64,000 nucleotides of DNA from Asterias rubens (lineage: Eukaryota): contig NC_047074.1 of the NCBI RefSeq assembly GCF_902459465.1, positions 9,982,001 through 10,046,000 on the forward strand, written 5' to 3'. This document shows positions 33,758 through 46,738 of this stretch, piece by piece. Positions within the stretch are counted from its first letter, which is position 1. Each line of letters opens with the position of its first letter. The position numbers were made by a program, and so were the translations under genes. The notes below the pieces were generated by a model. The model was not told where the DNA came from and ran no database searches. It saw only the letters and a program-made list of their open reading frames with translations.

Positions 33758-36425
33758 CAGATGCAATAACCACTCTAAATCATTTAACAGTTTCAGGTTT
33801 CTTGAAGGTATTTTGTGATTTAAGTGATCTTAGATAGGGTGCGGTGCGAGCAATCGTCAGCAGTAATGCAAATGATTCAGTCAAAACGGATACTCATCTT
33901 AAAAAGTGTCGACAATTAATTGAGGAGAAATTGAATTAAAACGACATGCATTGTTGCGTGAAGCAGAATTGTTGGTTCATTTGGTCGTTACCTGGTTACG
34001 GTCAAACCTCTGATATATTTCGTAAGGAAAGTGAGACCATATTTAAACAATTATCACGATACTTAGTCTTGCAGTAACCAAAACCACTAAGGTTATACGC
34101 GATCTTTTTAGATTTGATGAAGAATACACAATTTTATACGTTGTCAAAGAAACTGTGGCGTAGGCAATTTACTCTACGAAGTGACCCGTGGTTTGCCGCC
34201 ATGATTGTTGACACAGTTTGCTCTGGTTTTAGAACGACAATTCCTGAAGGTCTAACAGTTTTTCACCGATAAAACATCAACATTACAATTTAAATCATTC
34301 GAAATGACTATACTACGCCTATGTAGCGCTTAGCTGCTGCTGTTTCAAAAAAGGCAAAAATAATAATAAGGTTCATCTTGTTAAACAAACAATGATAAAG
34401 TAGTCGCGACTCTATCCGCTCCCATGAGTGTCAAGATATTCACTACAACTCAAAAACAATTAACACAAATTACACAGTCTATGTTAACATTATTTTTTTT
34501 CTTTTCTTTTTTCGTGTGAATCTTCTGAATTACAGTGTAATAAAGGTTGTCAACATTTACATGATTTCAAAGTGCATTGATAGAACAGGCCAAGTCTCGC
34601 GGACATTCAACAAATTTTCGAGAACCGTGTGTTCCCACTTAATTACGGCCCTTTTCGAAACCACACCTGCCATCGGCTTTGGATTCGGCTCATTGGGCTA
34701 GCTTGGCCCTGCGGTTGTTTTGACAATTGCGCGTGCTTTGCGTATGTGCTTAGGGCTTCAGACGAGAGGACGGAGCCTGAAGCCGAATCCAAAGCCGAAG
34801 CCGTTGTCTCGAAAAGGGCAAACGTTGCCTATACGTGTAAAGGAAAAACAAACATCGCGCACCTTGGTGCAACCCAGCTCTTGAAAACACGAGAGATCTG
34901 CATTTTCTGTTATAATAAATAGGATATCGGTGAGTTCACATAGTGTTTTTACCATATTTTTATATTCACAAATACCTCAGACAGTTTCTCTACTCCTATT
35001 GGTGGAGAGCGCGTCACGTGGGGGTGTTTAAACGGTTGATAATGACCTGTGTTTATAACCGGCTGGCTTCCGCGTGTCAGGCGCGCAAGATGATCACGCC
35101 GAACGCGCAATTCATAGATATAAAACAGCACGTAATATATTTATAAGCGCGCGCGCGCAATCTATTTCTAAGCGCGCGCGCGCATACACACAACCCACGC
35201 GCAACATACTGTTCACAAAAAAATAATTTCAAACCGCGAACTTTCAACTTTCAAAGTGTCTGTAATTGTATTTTTCGTTTTTTAACAAAAGGGCATTTAT
35301 GAATGGGAATAAAAGAGACCTTGTCGGGTCGTTGCCGTAATCAAGTTCTACCCTGCCGGCTTTAAACGGCCGTGTAAAAACTCGTCGCTACCCTTTTATT
35401 TCCTTTATTCAAAACATTCGGTGTCGTTATTCTCCATCAAATTGCACATGTGATTTTCCGGCGCGAAATTTTCTTGGTAAAAAGTACACAATTATAGATA
35501 GAGTTTAAACATTCTAGTTAGCAATATATTGCATTTTTGTCAAGTTTGAGGCTCATGTGGTAAGCCAACAAACCCCGCCCTCCTTTTCTCTTAGTTTGAG
35601 CAGCAAAGGAGAACAAAATAATTATATCCTTTTCCACTTTTCGGCTGAGTTTGATGAATAAGGAACACACAAATCAATGATGCAATACTAGTTTGTAGAA
35701 CAACATGTAGTCTTGCTAGTTAAATGTCTAAATCTATAGACTTTTAAATTTATTTTTCAAAAGTGCGCGCGATCTTTACTTTGTTCCTCTAGCAGTTTTT
35801 TTTTATGAAGAATTAATTTTCGTTCACAGCTCCATGAAAAGATGATTTGTTTTTTCTAACGAACAAAAAAAGGTAAATTTAAAAGTTTAGTTAAAACTGA
35901 AACTGTAAATAATTAGATAATACTTGTTTCGTTATTTTCCGTGCATTAACGCATGCACACTATTTCTTGAATGGCTTAGACAAAAGTCATAATGAAACCA
36001 GCGTGTTGGTCTTTAAAAATAAAAAATAAATGCTCCATCTGGCGCGAAGTTGAAATGTTCAAGGCGAGCAAAGTTGATGCTTCACCACAGTCTGTACTTG
36101 CAACAGGTCTGTTCGCTTACCCTTTAGTTCTTCTCACGTAGAAAGACGGGCATTAACTTTTCGTTAACTGTAACTATAGATAGTTCTTTCTGGAGGGGGG
36201 GGGGGTGATGCTTTGATTGTTACTTGGCTTTCCATTTTATGTTGTGTCAACTTCCGTGTCGGGCGATCTTGAAAAGTTCACATCTTGCTCGTTTTCATCA
36301 GTGATAAGTTGTAAACACAAACAAGATAATATTGTCACAGTACTTTTTTAAAGAGAATTTTAAATACAAAAAGTAGCAGCCAACCTCGCTCTATCAGGCC
36401 TTAGACGCTACACGATCGTAGTGGA

Positions 36426-36941
36426 TTAACCACATCTGGCTTGACGGCGACGCTCACAGATGATATACTTCTTAGTTGTTGCCTCCCCATCACCCCAATA
36501 GCCAAGTACGTCAGGATTCTTCCCATAGTAAGCACGGGTTATCATGAAGCCATAATCCTGGTCACTTGGCCACTTCTCGTCATATGGTTGGTCTGGCTCC
36601 CACTTCCGATATTCAGTCGGTTTACCATCCTCGTAGCAGCTCCATTCACCTTCAAATTCAGCATCATTACAATTGATCCAAACACCGACTGGATCTCCAT
36701 GGTGCTCAAACGAAGTAAGTATGAATTTATTTTCCCAATCTGAGCTTGGGAGCATTATAGATGCGTTGTTACGATTACACTGCATCACGGCAGTGATCCA
36801 GTTGCCCTCCATGGATCCATCCAGACCCAAGTAGCAAGACTCAGCATAAGGCACCCATCCATAAGGGCACCCTCTCGCTGCAAACACACCCTTTACCATG
36901 ATAATGATAACAAATTGAGTCAAAACTGCAGCTGAAATCAT
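36426..36941 (-). CDS. Secreted single-domain C-type lectin, copy 2 (B-type), 171 aa, intronless
   Basis: Hydrophobic signal peptide, then CPYGW..CY, C, WINCND..EG.W.C, WEPDQPY, WGD, ICE: a CTLD-like pattern. Confidence 0.9.
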   Translation of the reverse strand: MISAAVLTQFVIIIMVKGVFAARGCPYGWVPYAESCYLGLDGSMEGNWITAVMQCNRNNASIMLPSSDWENKFILTSFEHHGDPVGVWINCNDAEFEGEWSCYEDGKPTEYRKWEPDQPYDEKWPSDQDYGFMITRAYYGKNPDVLGYWGDGEATTKKYIICERRRQARCG

Positions 36942-39247
36942 GACATCAGATGCAATGAACTCCTTGTAACTTTGAAATCTTTGTCTGTAAAAATGTCTTT
37001 GTAAGTTGAGGGATCTATGAGATGGAGTGGTGCGAGCATATTAAAGTCAGTAATGAGCATATTTTGGGAAGCAGCGCAATAAATATCGACGTATTATTGC
37101 ATTAAGCTGAATGTTTATTGTTTAGTCGTTACCGGGATACGGTCAAACAATCATGGTTATTGTTATTAATCATTCATTCGCCCATGATGATAACAGTCAG
37201 TGAGTCCATCAAAATGACAATTTTCACCCAAAGGAGAAATCAATCAAACCTATTAAATCACACAAAAACAGCCACTTATGCAAATTGGTTATTTTCCAGA
37301 TGAAACATACGAAGCAATTAGATAAACAGTTTCAAAGTAGGAAACTACTTCAGGGAGATAAATTGACTCATTTGTCGTATGTTGCCATTTACTCTGTTTG
37401 ACACAATGTATAAACAGTTCATCAACCTCCCCTAGATAAAACACTAGAGTTCGCATTTGAAACTACTACGATACGCCTACATGGTTTGAACGACGGTATC
37501 CGCCATTTTGAACCGTTGATTTTGGAAGGTTTTAAGGCAAACACACCCAACTGGTAACCAAACTAATTAAAGCCAGACATATTATTACGTGAGTGTACTT
37601 CGGATGGAATAAGAACTAAACCACCGATCGGCGAGGTGATGTGTTCTTTTCAGATGGAGTGAAGCATGGACAATTTGATACATTTTCAAAGAAACTGTGG
37701 CGTAGGAAACTAATCCAGTGAGACAAAGTGACCTATGTTTTTCTTTAGCAACTTGTTTGACTTAACCCTGAATTTAGAACTCAGCATTTCCCGAAGGTCT
37801 AACATATTAAATTTGCCATCTAAATCGTCGATAAAACTGCGTAGTTTTCAGCTCATACAATTCATTTGAAAGACTACAATAACAGCCTTCACAGTCTAAA
37901 CGAAATGACGGACCCGCCATTTTGATCGTTTATTGTGGTTGGTTCGTAAGCAATCACACCACAGCTGGTAACCGCGCTAAATCAAGTCAGAAATTGTAGG
38001 TATTCGTGAGTGTCACGTACATCATGGTCGCCTGCCATTGTTCATCACGATCCCACGGTCGTTTTACGGCGTGCGCAGGTATTAGCGCCAATTATTACTT
38101 GAGTGTTCGTTTGCATCCAGCACGCTGTGCGGATGATCTTTTATTAGTAAATTGGTGCGCCCTCTGTAGTTTGTCGAGTAGAAAACGCTGGAATGTTGAT
38201 TGAGTCGCCTCGCAGCGTACGAACTGCATATTTTGCGTTGGTAACGGCGACGTTTTTATGTGGCTGGTGAAAGCTGTTTTGAATTTCATGTCAGTTATTG
38301 CAAGGTGCCAAATCACACGTGTGTTACTGAGTTGTGAGTTCTATTGTCCTTATCAGTTGACCACTTTTGGATATTTGCCTCTCGGGAGAACTGTAGAGGG
38401 CGCAATGCTTTGAGTATCACCTAATTGGAAAGGAAAAATGCTCTGAGTGAAAAGAAAAGAAACTAGAGGGGAAAAAAAGCCTAAACAGAATTGTGCATCT
38501 ATTTTTTATAATGTTTTAACACCAGCAAAACGCACAGGACCAGCCTAAACAATACACCGCTCATCTTGGGAAACAAACAATGGTAAAGTAGTCGCGACTC
38601 CATCCGCTCCCATGAGTGTCAAGACACATTACAACTCAGAAACATTGGACACGAAAATACAAAATCTTTGTTAACACTAATTTTTTTTTATTTCTTTCGT
38701 GCGAATCTCATGAATTACACATTGATACTGATTTTACAGTGCATAATAGATCATGCCAAGTCTTGCGGGTATTCACCAAGTTTTCGAGAACCGTGTGTTC
38801 CCACTTCCAGCCCTTTTCGAAACCACGGCTTCGGCTTTTGACTCGACTCGGGCTTGCTTGGCCTCGCGGTTGTTTTGCCAGTCGTGTGGTCTTGCGTACT
38901 TTCTCATGGCTTCACACGAGAGGACGGAGCCTGAAGCCGAATCCAAAGCCGATGCCGTGGTCTCGAAAGGGGCCTACGTTGCATTAACGTGTAAAGGAAA
39001 AACATCGCGCACCTTGATGCAACCCAACTTTTAAAAACACGCGAGAATTGCATTTTCTGTTGTAATAAATAGAATATCGGTGATTTCACATACTATAGTG
39101 TTTTCACAATGTTTTCTTTTTTTCTACAACATTCGGTCTCGTTATTCTTTATCAAATTGATCGAACATGGGGTTTTTCCGGCGCGACATTTTCTTAAAAG
39201 TACACAACTATTGCTAAAACTAAAAAGTTCTAGCTAGCAATATATTA

Positions 39248-39625
39248 TAGATGTTAAATTTGCATCGGGGATAAAGAATGTTAATTTTGGTTTTTACCCA
39301 TACACCGATGTGTGTTAGCACTGTATACTCAGTACTTCCCGAGTCCTGCTGAGTATACAGTGCTAACACACATCGGTGTATGGGTAAAAACCAAAATTAT
39401 ATCGTTGCGGTACCCGCTGCCAAAACAAAGGATTCGAACTAACTCTAGCTGCCGGGCAACCTCGGTAGTCTAGTTGGTGAGACGCTGCTCTAGAATTGCA
39501 AGGGTCGTGGGTTCGAGTCCCACCCGAGTAACATGCCTGTGATATTTTTTTTCACAGGACTCGGGAAGGTGCTGAGTAAGCAGTGCTAACACACATCGGT
39601 GTATGTGTAAAAACCAAAATTAATA
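39248..39625 (+). mobile_element. tRNA-core SINE-like element with an inverted/hairpin tail duplication (duplicated at 52268-52647)
   Basis: Core 39459-39530 has D-loop AGTTGGT and T-loop GGTTCGAGTCC. The tail is present 3' of the core and as an inverted pair 5' of it. Confidence 0.8.
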
Positions 39626-40802
39626 GCAATATATTGCAAATATTATTTGTTAAGTTTGAGGTTCATGTGATATCCCGTCCTCCTTTTCTCTTGGTTTGAG
39701 CAGCAAAGGGAAACAAACGAATATCCTTTTCCACTTTTCGGCTAGGTTTGAGCAACAAAGTATATCAAAGTTGAACCCCTCCATTTTTGGAGTTAGAGGA
39801 ACAAGAGATACCAAAATATATTCCCCTTTCATTTAGGCTGGGTATGATGAATAAGGAATACTAAAATCTACAATATTTACTTAAAATTATGACCACTTGA
39901 ACCACAATTTAACTCTTCTTTATGTCAGCTTTCCAAACAATGCAGCATACATTGTAAACAAAAAAGGTGTGCGTAACTATGCGGAACTATGATGCAATAA
40001 TAGTTTGTATAACAACATGTAGTCTTGCGAACAAAAAATGTCCAAATCAAAAGACTTTAAAATATATTTTTAAAAAGTGCACGCGATCTTTACTTTGTTC
40101 CTCCAGCAGTATTTCATGAAGAAAACTTTTGTGTACACCGCTCCTTGAAAAACGCTGTATATTACACCCACCAATGAAAAGTGTAGTTAAAGTTGAACCT
40201 GTTTGTAAGAATAAATGGTGTTTCGTTGTTTTTGTTAAAAAAAAAAAAAAAGCAAGAACGAAATACTCCATCTGGCGCGAAGTTGAAATGTTCAGGGCGA
40301 CCAAAGTTGAAGTTTCACCACATTCTGCACATGCAACAGGTTTGTTCGCCGTTCCTTTATTTCTTCTCTCTTGCAAAGAAGTACCACGATATGTTTAGTG
40401 TTTCATTATAGATGTAGTTCTTTCATGATGTGGGGTGGGGGTGATTCTTTGATTGCTGCTTGGCTTTCCATTATGCTGTATCAACTTACAGTGTTCGGCG
40501 ATCTTGAAAAACTCACAACTTGCTCGTAGTCATTAGTGATAAGTTAAAAACACAAAGACGACAGTTATTCTAAGTGTCACGGTAATTTTTATAGAAACAT
40601 GTGAAATCAAAATAATAGCAACCAACTCCGCTCGATGTTGAATGAAAGACAGTTTTGGCGCTCCATACATCGTCGTCTGCAGGCGTCTATACTGTGTCTG
40701 TTGGATATCTGTCCAGGGTGTGGCCGAAGAGACAGCGAGACACGAAGTGACCAGTAGACTCATCTACTGTCAGGCCATTGACGTAATACGATGGTAGTGG
40801 CA

Positions 40803-41315
40803 TTACCCACATCTATCTTGACGGCGACGCTCACAGACGATGAACATCGCAGCTCTTGGCTCACTTTCACCCCAATAACCAAGTATACCTGGGTTACTCT
40901 TGAAATCACGGGTTATCATGAAGCCAGAATCCTGATCATGATGCCACCCCTCACTATCTGGTTGGTCTGGCTCCCACTTCCGATATTCAGTCGGATCTTT
41001 ACCATCCTCGTTGCAATTCCATTCACCTTCAACTTCAGCATCATTACAATTGATCCAAACGCCGTCTAATTGGTTTCCATTGAGCTGAAATGAAGTAAAT
41101 ATGAATTTATTCTCCCAATCTGAGCTTGGGAGCATTATAGATGCGTTGTTACGATCACACTGCATCACGGCAGTGATCCAGTTGCCCTCCATGGATCCAT
41201 CCAGACCCAAGTAGCAAGACTCAGCATAAGGCACCCATCCATAAGGGCACCCTCTCGCTGCAAAGACACCCCTGGTTACCATGATGATAACAGTAAGAAC
41301 TCTCGCAGAAATCAT
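40803..41315 (-). CDS. Secreted C-type lectin, copy 3 (C-type), 170 aa from the first ATG
   Basis: Same CTLD-like pattern with WEPDQPDS and WGE. The ORF-track start at 41345 is TTG; the first ATG is at 41315. Confidence 0.9.
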   Translation of the reverse strand: MISARVLTVIIMVTRGVFAARGCPYGWVPYAESCYLGLDGSMEGNWITAVMQCDRNNASIMLPSSDWENKFIFTSFQLNGNQLDGVWINCNDAEVEGEWNCNEDGKDPTEYRKWEPDQPDSEGWHHDQDSGFMITRDFKSNPGILGYWGESEPRAAMFIVCERRRQDRCG

Positions 41316-41399
41316 GACGTCATATGCTACGATCTCTTTTAACAATTAAAAACTGTCGAATTCTTGAAGGATTTTTCTGGGTCGAACAAAGAGTTGACT

Positions 41400-41466
41400 A
41401 GGGTGGGAGTGAACAAAGAATTGACAAGAGTGGGATTCGAACCAACGACCTCCGGATTAACGTGCC
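41400..41466 (-). mobile_element. tRNA-derived SINE fragment just upstream of C-type lectin starts (also ~54280-54350, ~58590-58655)
   Basis: The reverse complement GGAGGTCGTTGGTTCGAATCCCACTCTTGTCAA contains a B box. Confidence 0.6.
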
Positions 41467-41830
41467 AAATTTCTTGAAGGTGATTTAAAGGTATGGTGCA
41501 GTGCGGGTAGTCGTCAGAAGTGATGCACATTTTGTGACGCAGCACCGACTTAAAATTGTGTTCTGCGGTGCCGCATGATTATGGTCCGAGATACAGGATT
41601 GCATTTTGGTGCAAGTAATCCATGCATTGTAACGGAAAGAGGAGATTTTGGCTCATTTGGTCGTTGCTGGGATACATTCAAACCTTATTGTTATCATTTC
41701 GTCCAGCCAAGATGATAGCAGACAGTGAGACCAAATATAATATTAATACCAAAATACAACCTTCCTCACAGTTCACTTGTGTTCATTCTGACTGCGTCTT
41801 CAGATTGTTAAGGTGTAGCAAACCATATCA

Positions 41831-42928
41831 CAGAGATACCAACATACACGATTTGGGCGTAGCAAATACGATTTCGAGCCATGACTACGACGCTACGATA
41901 ATACTCAATAAAACACGCTAAACAAGCCGCCCAATATAATTTTATTAAATCGTACAATACATGCAAACAACGAATGAACTATTAAGTGGAAATACAAATT
42001 AAGAAAAATATCAAAACAATTGTAACAGAAAAGAAAACACACTTTTTATTTTAGAACGCAGTGTTGAATAATAGCGGCGAATTCACTCGAACAATGTACG
42101 TGTCTCGACGTAATGATTGTTGCGTGCCCTCCCCCGCTGGCTGGCCGGCTGAGTGTGCATTTTTTACGCTAGTGATTGCTGCTAGATCGTACCCATTGAT
42201 CTCTATTACACGATGGGGAATAGTGCACACGTGCGTGGGGAATGAGGTTGTGTGTGAGCTAAACGTGTCACAGTAACCTCATTCCTCATGTACATGTATC
42301 CACTATTAATGTGCCCACGCTGTCTGTACATGTACTTCATCGAAGCTTGGCAAAAAAAGTACGAAATAATGGCGACAAAAAAAGGAGACCTTTTGAACAA
42401 AAATACCTTCAACTGAGTGGCCTGTGAGGTCTTAGCTAGACAGTTTCCATGTTTTCCTACCAGTAATTGTAGCGCCGATGTCCAGACAATGCCCAAAATA
42501 CGGACACGTATTTTTTGCCCAAAATCCGGACACGTTTTTTTTTTTTTTTTTTTTTTCTTTCTCTCTCCCAATAGCTTGTTGTTGCATTTCTGATCATTAA
42601 AACAAAAACATTTAAGTAAGGCCACCCTTTTTTATGTTACATTTAAGTAAGGCCACCCTTTTTTATGTTACATTTATTTTTGAAACATAGTCAGAAGATG
42701 AGGGAAATCAGTTTTTTTTTTCAAGTTTCTTTTCACTGGCCATTATAAACATTTGTAGCTGTTCTGTTGATGCATACAGGTAATTGTTATTTCACAACAA
42801 TGCCTGAAAATGAGCTAATTAGCATTGTAGAGAGTAATAGAAAGATCGGTTTCGGGAGCCCAAGCTGCGCTCGCCCTTAACATTTGGGAGATGCTACTCT
42901 TTTTTAAAATTCAATGTTGGCATCTCTG
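41831..42928. mobile_element. Non-autonomous DNA transposon, 1098 bp, 15-bp TIRs, 6-bp TSD (hAT-like CAG termini)
   Basis: ATATCA|CAGAGATACCAACAT...ATGTTGGCATCTCTG|ATATCA. The paralogous sites at ~54706 and ~59014 are empty and carry a single ATATCA. Confidence 0.92.
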
Positions 42929-43983
42929 ATATCATTGTAATTCACACCAACGAATTATTTTAGTCAGGCCTAATAAACCGGGAGATAACCAAACCACTGA
43001 GGCGATCGGTCTTCTTTTCAGGTTTTATGAAGCATGCACAATTGAGTGGTCGAAGAAACCGGTGGCATAGGAAACTACTCAAGGGAGATAAATTGACCTG
43101 TGTTTTGTATCCAGCCAGTTGATTTGACTTAATATAGTTGTACCTGTATTGAGAGCGGCTATTTCCAAAGGCTATACAGTTTCCCATTGAAACTCAATGT
43201 AAAACACATACTACCAAATACGGATCCGCCATTTTGACTGTTGATCTCGTTACTACCCAAGGTTCGAAGGCAATCACGCCAAGCTAGGACCGAGCTAAGT
43301 GAAAGATCATACGTTAGTGTAGTGCATCCACGAATTTTTCACGAATTTGACTTCGATACCTCAGACTTAGAATTTGAGGTCTCGATCAAGCCTCTGAAAG
43401 CACACAACTTCGTTTGGCAAGAGTGTATTTTCTTTCATTACATATTATCTCGCAACTTTGACTACCAATTGAGCTCAAACTTTCACAGTTTTGTTATGAG
43501 CACATAAGTTGAGATACAGCAAGTGATGAGGAGACTGGTCTATGACAATTACTAATAGTGTCCAGTGTCTTTCACTTAAATATTGCCCCTGCATTTAGAA
43601 CACAGTCTTTCCCGAAGGTCTAACATATTGAATTTGCCATTCAAACCGTTGATAAAACAGCATAGTTTCAGCAAATACAACTCATTTGAAGTGCTGCCAA
43701 TAAACACCTTCACAGTCTGAACGGAATGACGGACCCGCCATTTTGATCGTTTATTGCGATGTGGTTGGTTCGTAAGCAATCACACCACAGCTGGTAACCG
43801 AGTTAATTGAAGTCAGAAATTGTAGTTATTCGTGATTGTCATATATCATGGTCGCCTGCCAATGTCCACCACAATCCCAATGTTAGTTTAACGGCATGCG
43901 CCCTCTATTGCTATTTATAGCTTGAGTGTTCGTTTGCATCCAGCATGTGGTGCGGATGATCTATTAAAATGATAATGAGCAAA

Positions 43984-44337
43984 TAGTCTGGTTCCAAGAC
44001 CCCAAAATCTCCGACTAGGCGCGTCGAATTTAGGGTCCGGTATCACCCAAAATCACGTTACCAAAAAGGAGGAATTCCTCCTTTTTTTAGAAGTTATCCG
44101 AAATGATCCGAACGTGTTGTCGTCATCATTCGGACAGTATCGTTGATGGTCGGTATGGAATCATAATGTCAGTCCTGTCGCCGTAGATCCAGGAGTTTTT
44201 ATGCCAGCTATTGTTATTTAAAGCCATGCAGGCGTTGTGCCTAAATAAGTCATGCTCTATTTTTAACCGTGGGTGATACCTGACCTAAGATTTGTAACAA
44301 GAGACGTCAAGGAATCTTTGGTCATGGGACCAGACTA
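43984..44337. mobile_element. Non-autonomous element with TAG...CTA termini and a 9-bp TSD (AcademH- or MULE-like); copies at ~55764-56117 and ~60083-60767
   Basis: ATGAGCAAA|TAGTCTGGTTCCAAGACC...GGTCATGGGACCAGACTA|ATGAGCAAA. It is absent from the homologous B-unit spacer (~38140). Confidence 0.8.
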
Positions 44338-46213
44338 ATGAGCAAATTGGTGCGCCCTCTACAGTTTGTCGAGTAGAGGCAGTTTTGACAGTGCATCATG
44401 GGAAAACGCCAGAATATTAATTGAATCGCCTATTAGCGTACGAACTGCGTATTATTTGGTTATGGCGACATTTTCTAGGCTGGTGAAAGCTTTTGTGAAT
44501 TCCATGTCAAGATTTGAAAGGTCCCACACCACACGTGTGTTGCTGAGTTGTGAGTGCGATCGCTTTTGGATATTTGCCTCTCGGGAGAACGGTAGAGGGC
44601 GCAATGTGTGGGTATCACCTGATTGGAGTTGAAAAATGCGCTGAGTGAAAACAAAACAAACTAGAGGGGAAATGCTTAACCAGAATTGTGCATCTATTTA
44701 AAAAATTTTAACACCAGCAAAACGCACAGGACCAGCCTTAACAATACACCGCTCATCTTGTGACACAAACAACGGTATAAAGTAGTCGCAACTCTATCCG
44801 CTCCCGTGAATGTCAAAATATTCATTACAACTCAGAAACATACTGAACACAAAACAAACAGTCTATGTTAACATTACATTTTTTTATTTCTTTTGTGCGA
44901 ATTTCGTGAACTACAGTGCAATAAGATTGTCAACATTGATTTCAAAGTGCGTTGATAGACCATGCCAAGTCTCGCGGGCACCCAACAAGTTTTTGAGAAC
45001 CGTGTGTTCCCACTTACGGCCCTTTTCGAAACAACGGCTTCGGATTTGGATTTGGCCCAGGCTAGCTTGGCCCCGTGGTTTTTTTGACAATTGCACGTGC
45101 TTTGCGTATTAGTGCTCAAGGCTTCAGACGAGAGAACGGAGCCTGAGGCCGAATCCAAAGCCGAAGCCGTGGTCTCGAAAGGGGCCTACTTATACGTTGC
45201 CTTTACGTGTAAAGGAAAAACCTCGCGCACGTTGGTGTAACCCAACTTTTTAAAACACGCGATAATTGCATTGTCTAGTGTAATAGATATGATTTTTGGG
45301 GGATTTCACATAATGTTTTTATCATAATAAAATTATTTTCTATTTACAACATTCGGTATCGTTATTCTCTATCAAATTGAACGTGTGGTTTTCCGGCGCG
45401 AAATTTTCTTGGTAAAAGTATAGGCCTACACAACTGTTGATAACATTTAAAATTTCTAGGTTGAGGTTCATGTGATCAAAAAATGTATCCCGTCCTCCTT
45501 TTCTCTTGGTTTGAGCAACAAAGGATACCAAAATTGAACCCTCCTATATTCGGCTGAGTTTGAGGAACAAGAGATACCAAAATTAATCCCCATTATTTCG
45601 GCTTGGGTGGATGAATACGGAATACAAAAATCTACAACACTTACTTAAAATGTTCACAACTCGAGCCACAGTCTTTATGAAACTAACGTGAAGATCTTTA
45701 AAAAACAAAACAAAAAAGTTGATGTTTCACCACAGTCTGTACTCGCAACAAGTTCGATTTTCCTTTATTTCTTCTCACGTAGAAAGGCAGGACATTAACT
45801 TTTGCAAAGAAGCAACACGTTTTCGTTAAATGTTTCATTACAGATGTTTAGTTCTTTCAGGAGGGGGGTTGGGGATGGTGATGCTTTGATTATTGCTTGG
45901 CTTTCCATATTATGTTGTATCAACTTACAGTGTTCGGTGATCTTGAAAAGTTCACATCTTGCTCGTCGTCATTAGTGATAAGTTAAATACACAAAGACGA
46001 TAATTATTTTAAGTGTCACCGTACTTTTTAAAGAAACAAGTGTAAAATCAAAAAAGTAGTAGCCAACTCCGCTCGATGTTGAATAAGAGACAGTCTTGGT
46101 GCTCCATACATCGTCGTCTGTGTGTCCAGGGTGTGGCCGAAGAGACAACCGAAGTGACCAGTAGACTCATCTACTGTCAGGCCATGGTATAGACGTTACA
46201 CATTCGTAGTGGA

Positions 46214-46738
46214 TTAACCACATCTGGCTTGGCGGCGACGCTCACAGACGATAAACTTATCAGGATGTGTTGCATCCGCATCACCCCAATAGCCAAGTAC
46301 CTCTGGATTCTTCCCATGGTAAGTACGGGTTATCATGAAGCCATAATCATCATCAGCTGGCCACTTCTCGTCATCTGGTTGGTCTGGCTCCCACTTCCGA
46401 TATTCAGTCGGATATTTACCGTCCTCGTAGCAGTTCCATTCACCTTCAACTTTAGCATCATTGCAATCAATCCAAACACCTTTGAGACTGCCGTGGTGCT
46501 GAAATGAAGTGAGTATGTATTTATTTTCCCAATCTGAGCTTGGGACCATTATAGATGCGTTGTTACGATCACACTGCATCACGGCAGTGGACCAGTCGCC
46601 CTCCATGGATCCATCCAGACCCAAGTAGCAAGACTCAGCATAAGGCACCCATCCATAAGGGCACCCTCTCGCTGCAAACACACCCTTTGTTACCATGATG
46701 ATAACAGATAGAGCAACAACTGCTGTAGAAATCATCAT
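46214..46738 (-). CDS. Secreted C-type lectin, copy 4 (A-type), ~174 aa from the first ATG
   Basis: CTLD-like pattern with WIDCND, WEPDQPDD and WGD. The ORF-track start at 46747 is TTG. Confidence 0.9.
   Translation of the reverse strand: MMISTAVVALSVIIMVTKGVFAARGCPYGWVPYAESCYLGLDGSMEGDWSTAVMQCDRNNASIMVPSSDWENKYILTSFQHHGSLKGVWIDCNDAKVEGEWNCYEDGKYPTEYRKWEPDQPDDEKWPADDDYGFMITRTYHGKNPEVLGYWGDADATHPDKFIVCERRRQARCG

Noticed and set aside
36441-36743. Antisense ORFs opposite each lectin (36441, 40791, 46229, 49447, 53680, 58006)
   Set aside because: They have variable lengths and stops across paralogs and arise from codon bias on the sense strand.
39459-39530. Functional tRNA genes (also 14573, 52478, 61550)
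   Set aside because: The anticodon and acceptor stems have mismatches, copies diverge, and each is embedded in the same repeat flanks. These are SINE-like heads.
41316-41345. N-terminal extensions MLKEIV... / MHL... of lectins
   Set aside because: The track starts are TTG codons. The first ATG begins a normal signal peptide.
44366-44632. Identical small ORFs recurring in spacers (e.g. 44366/56146, 43241/55020/59328, 37118/50124)
   Set aside because: Their identity reflects recent segmental duplication. They overlap repeat fragments and show no protein motifs.
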